A stretch of 36,018 bases of DNA. Origin: a virus. Its lineage: Duplodnaviria; Caudoviricetes. Every line of letters begins with the position of its first letter. Within the stretch, counting starts at the first letter, position 1. The position numbers and the translations under genes are program-made. The notes beneath the pieces were generated by a model. The model was not told the DNA's origin and searched no databases. It saw only the letters and a list, made by a program, of their open reading frames with translations. The stretch is from positions 1 through 36,018 of IMG/VR virus record IMGVR_UViG_3300048080_000098; one strand, written 5' to 3'. Below are positions 35,568 to 36,018 of this stretch, piece after piece.

Positions 35568-36018
35568 CCCCCGCGACCGGCGCCAACGACCCGCGGCGCG
35601 GTAGCTACAACGACCCGCGCCTGGAGTTCCCCGACGGCGGCCAACTCGCCGACGATGCGCGTCAGGAGGAGATGGCTGAGCGGGCATGGCAGAACTATTC
35701 CGACGGCGTTGCCTGCGGCTCCTGCTCGGCAATGGGTAGCCTCCATGTTCACGAGGCTATGCAGCAGAGCGATGGAAAGTGGTACATCGGTGCCTGCAAG
35801 CTCTGCGCCTGCGAGTCCCGCTACGGCGAGGAACTGTCGATTCCTGATCCCGCCCTCCAGCATCAGAACGCCATGCTGCACCGCGTGGCGTTCTTGGCGG
35901 TAGAGGAGGCGCGGCGAATCGTTCTGGCGGAAGGCTGGACAGAATACAACCACCTCGCTCTCCTCGCCCGCAACATTGCCAAGCGCGAACAGCTGCCCGC
36001 CACGCCCGACGATGGCGC
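35564..36018 (+). CDS. 5' part of the junction-spanning hypothetical protein (continues to 813)
   Basis: GGAGG SD, ATGA overlap, open to the end of the window. Confidence 0.75.
   Translation, partial: MTPATGANDPRRGSYNDPRLEFPDGGQLADDARQEEMAERAWQNYSDGVACGSCSAMGSLHVHEAMQQSDGKWYIGACKLCACESRYGEELSIPDPALQHQNAMLHRVAFLAVEEARRIVLAEGWTEYNHLALLARNIAKREQLPATPDDG
35783..36018. repeat. Terminal direct repeat, copy 2 (circular overlap)
   Basis: Matches 1-236. The ORF starting at 35564 reads through the junction in frame. Confidence 0.97.

Noticed and set aside
1-36018. CRISPR array, tRNA genes, IS elements
   Set aside because: No regularly spaced repeats, cloverleaf with T-loop, or transposase motifs were seen by eye.

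Overview
The window is an apparently complete, GC-rich temperate siphovirus-type phage genome. Bases 1-236 recur at 35783-36018 with one mismatch, so the circle is 35,782 bp. Nearly all genes are on the + strand. The early region has many small Cys-rich ORFs, a SWIM-finger/RecT-like recombinase, a VRR-NUC nuclease, two DNA methyltransferases (one frameshifted), an HNH protein and a split replication module around a repeat-rich putative origin. An HK97-like packaging and head module follows (HNH, TerS, TerL, portal, Com-like zinc finger, ClpP-type protease, major capsid). An S-adenosylmethionine decarboxylase gene is wedged among the neck genes. Then come tail tube, -1 frameshifting tail chaperones, tape measure, tail tip and fibres, a lysis cassette with an M15 peptidase, and a minus-strand repressor/tyrosine recombinase pair behind a divergent promoter. 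The most unusual signals are: a ~350-nt multibranch structured RNA candidate in the early leader; a recombinase whose N-terminal domain has no start codon and overlaps the repressor tail around an att-like dyad; a two-state RNA switch ahead of the replication genes; the AdoMetDC in the neck operon; and two methyltransferase genes broken by micro-rearrangements. All functional calls come from motif recognition by eye. No searches were run and the host cannot be determined.
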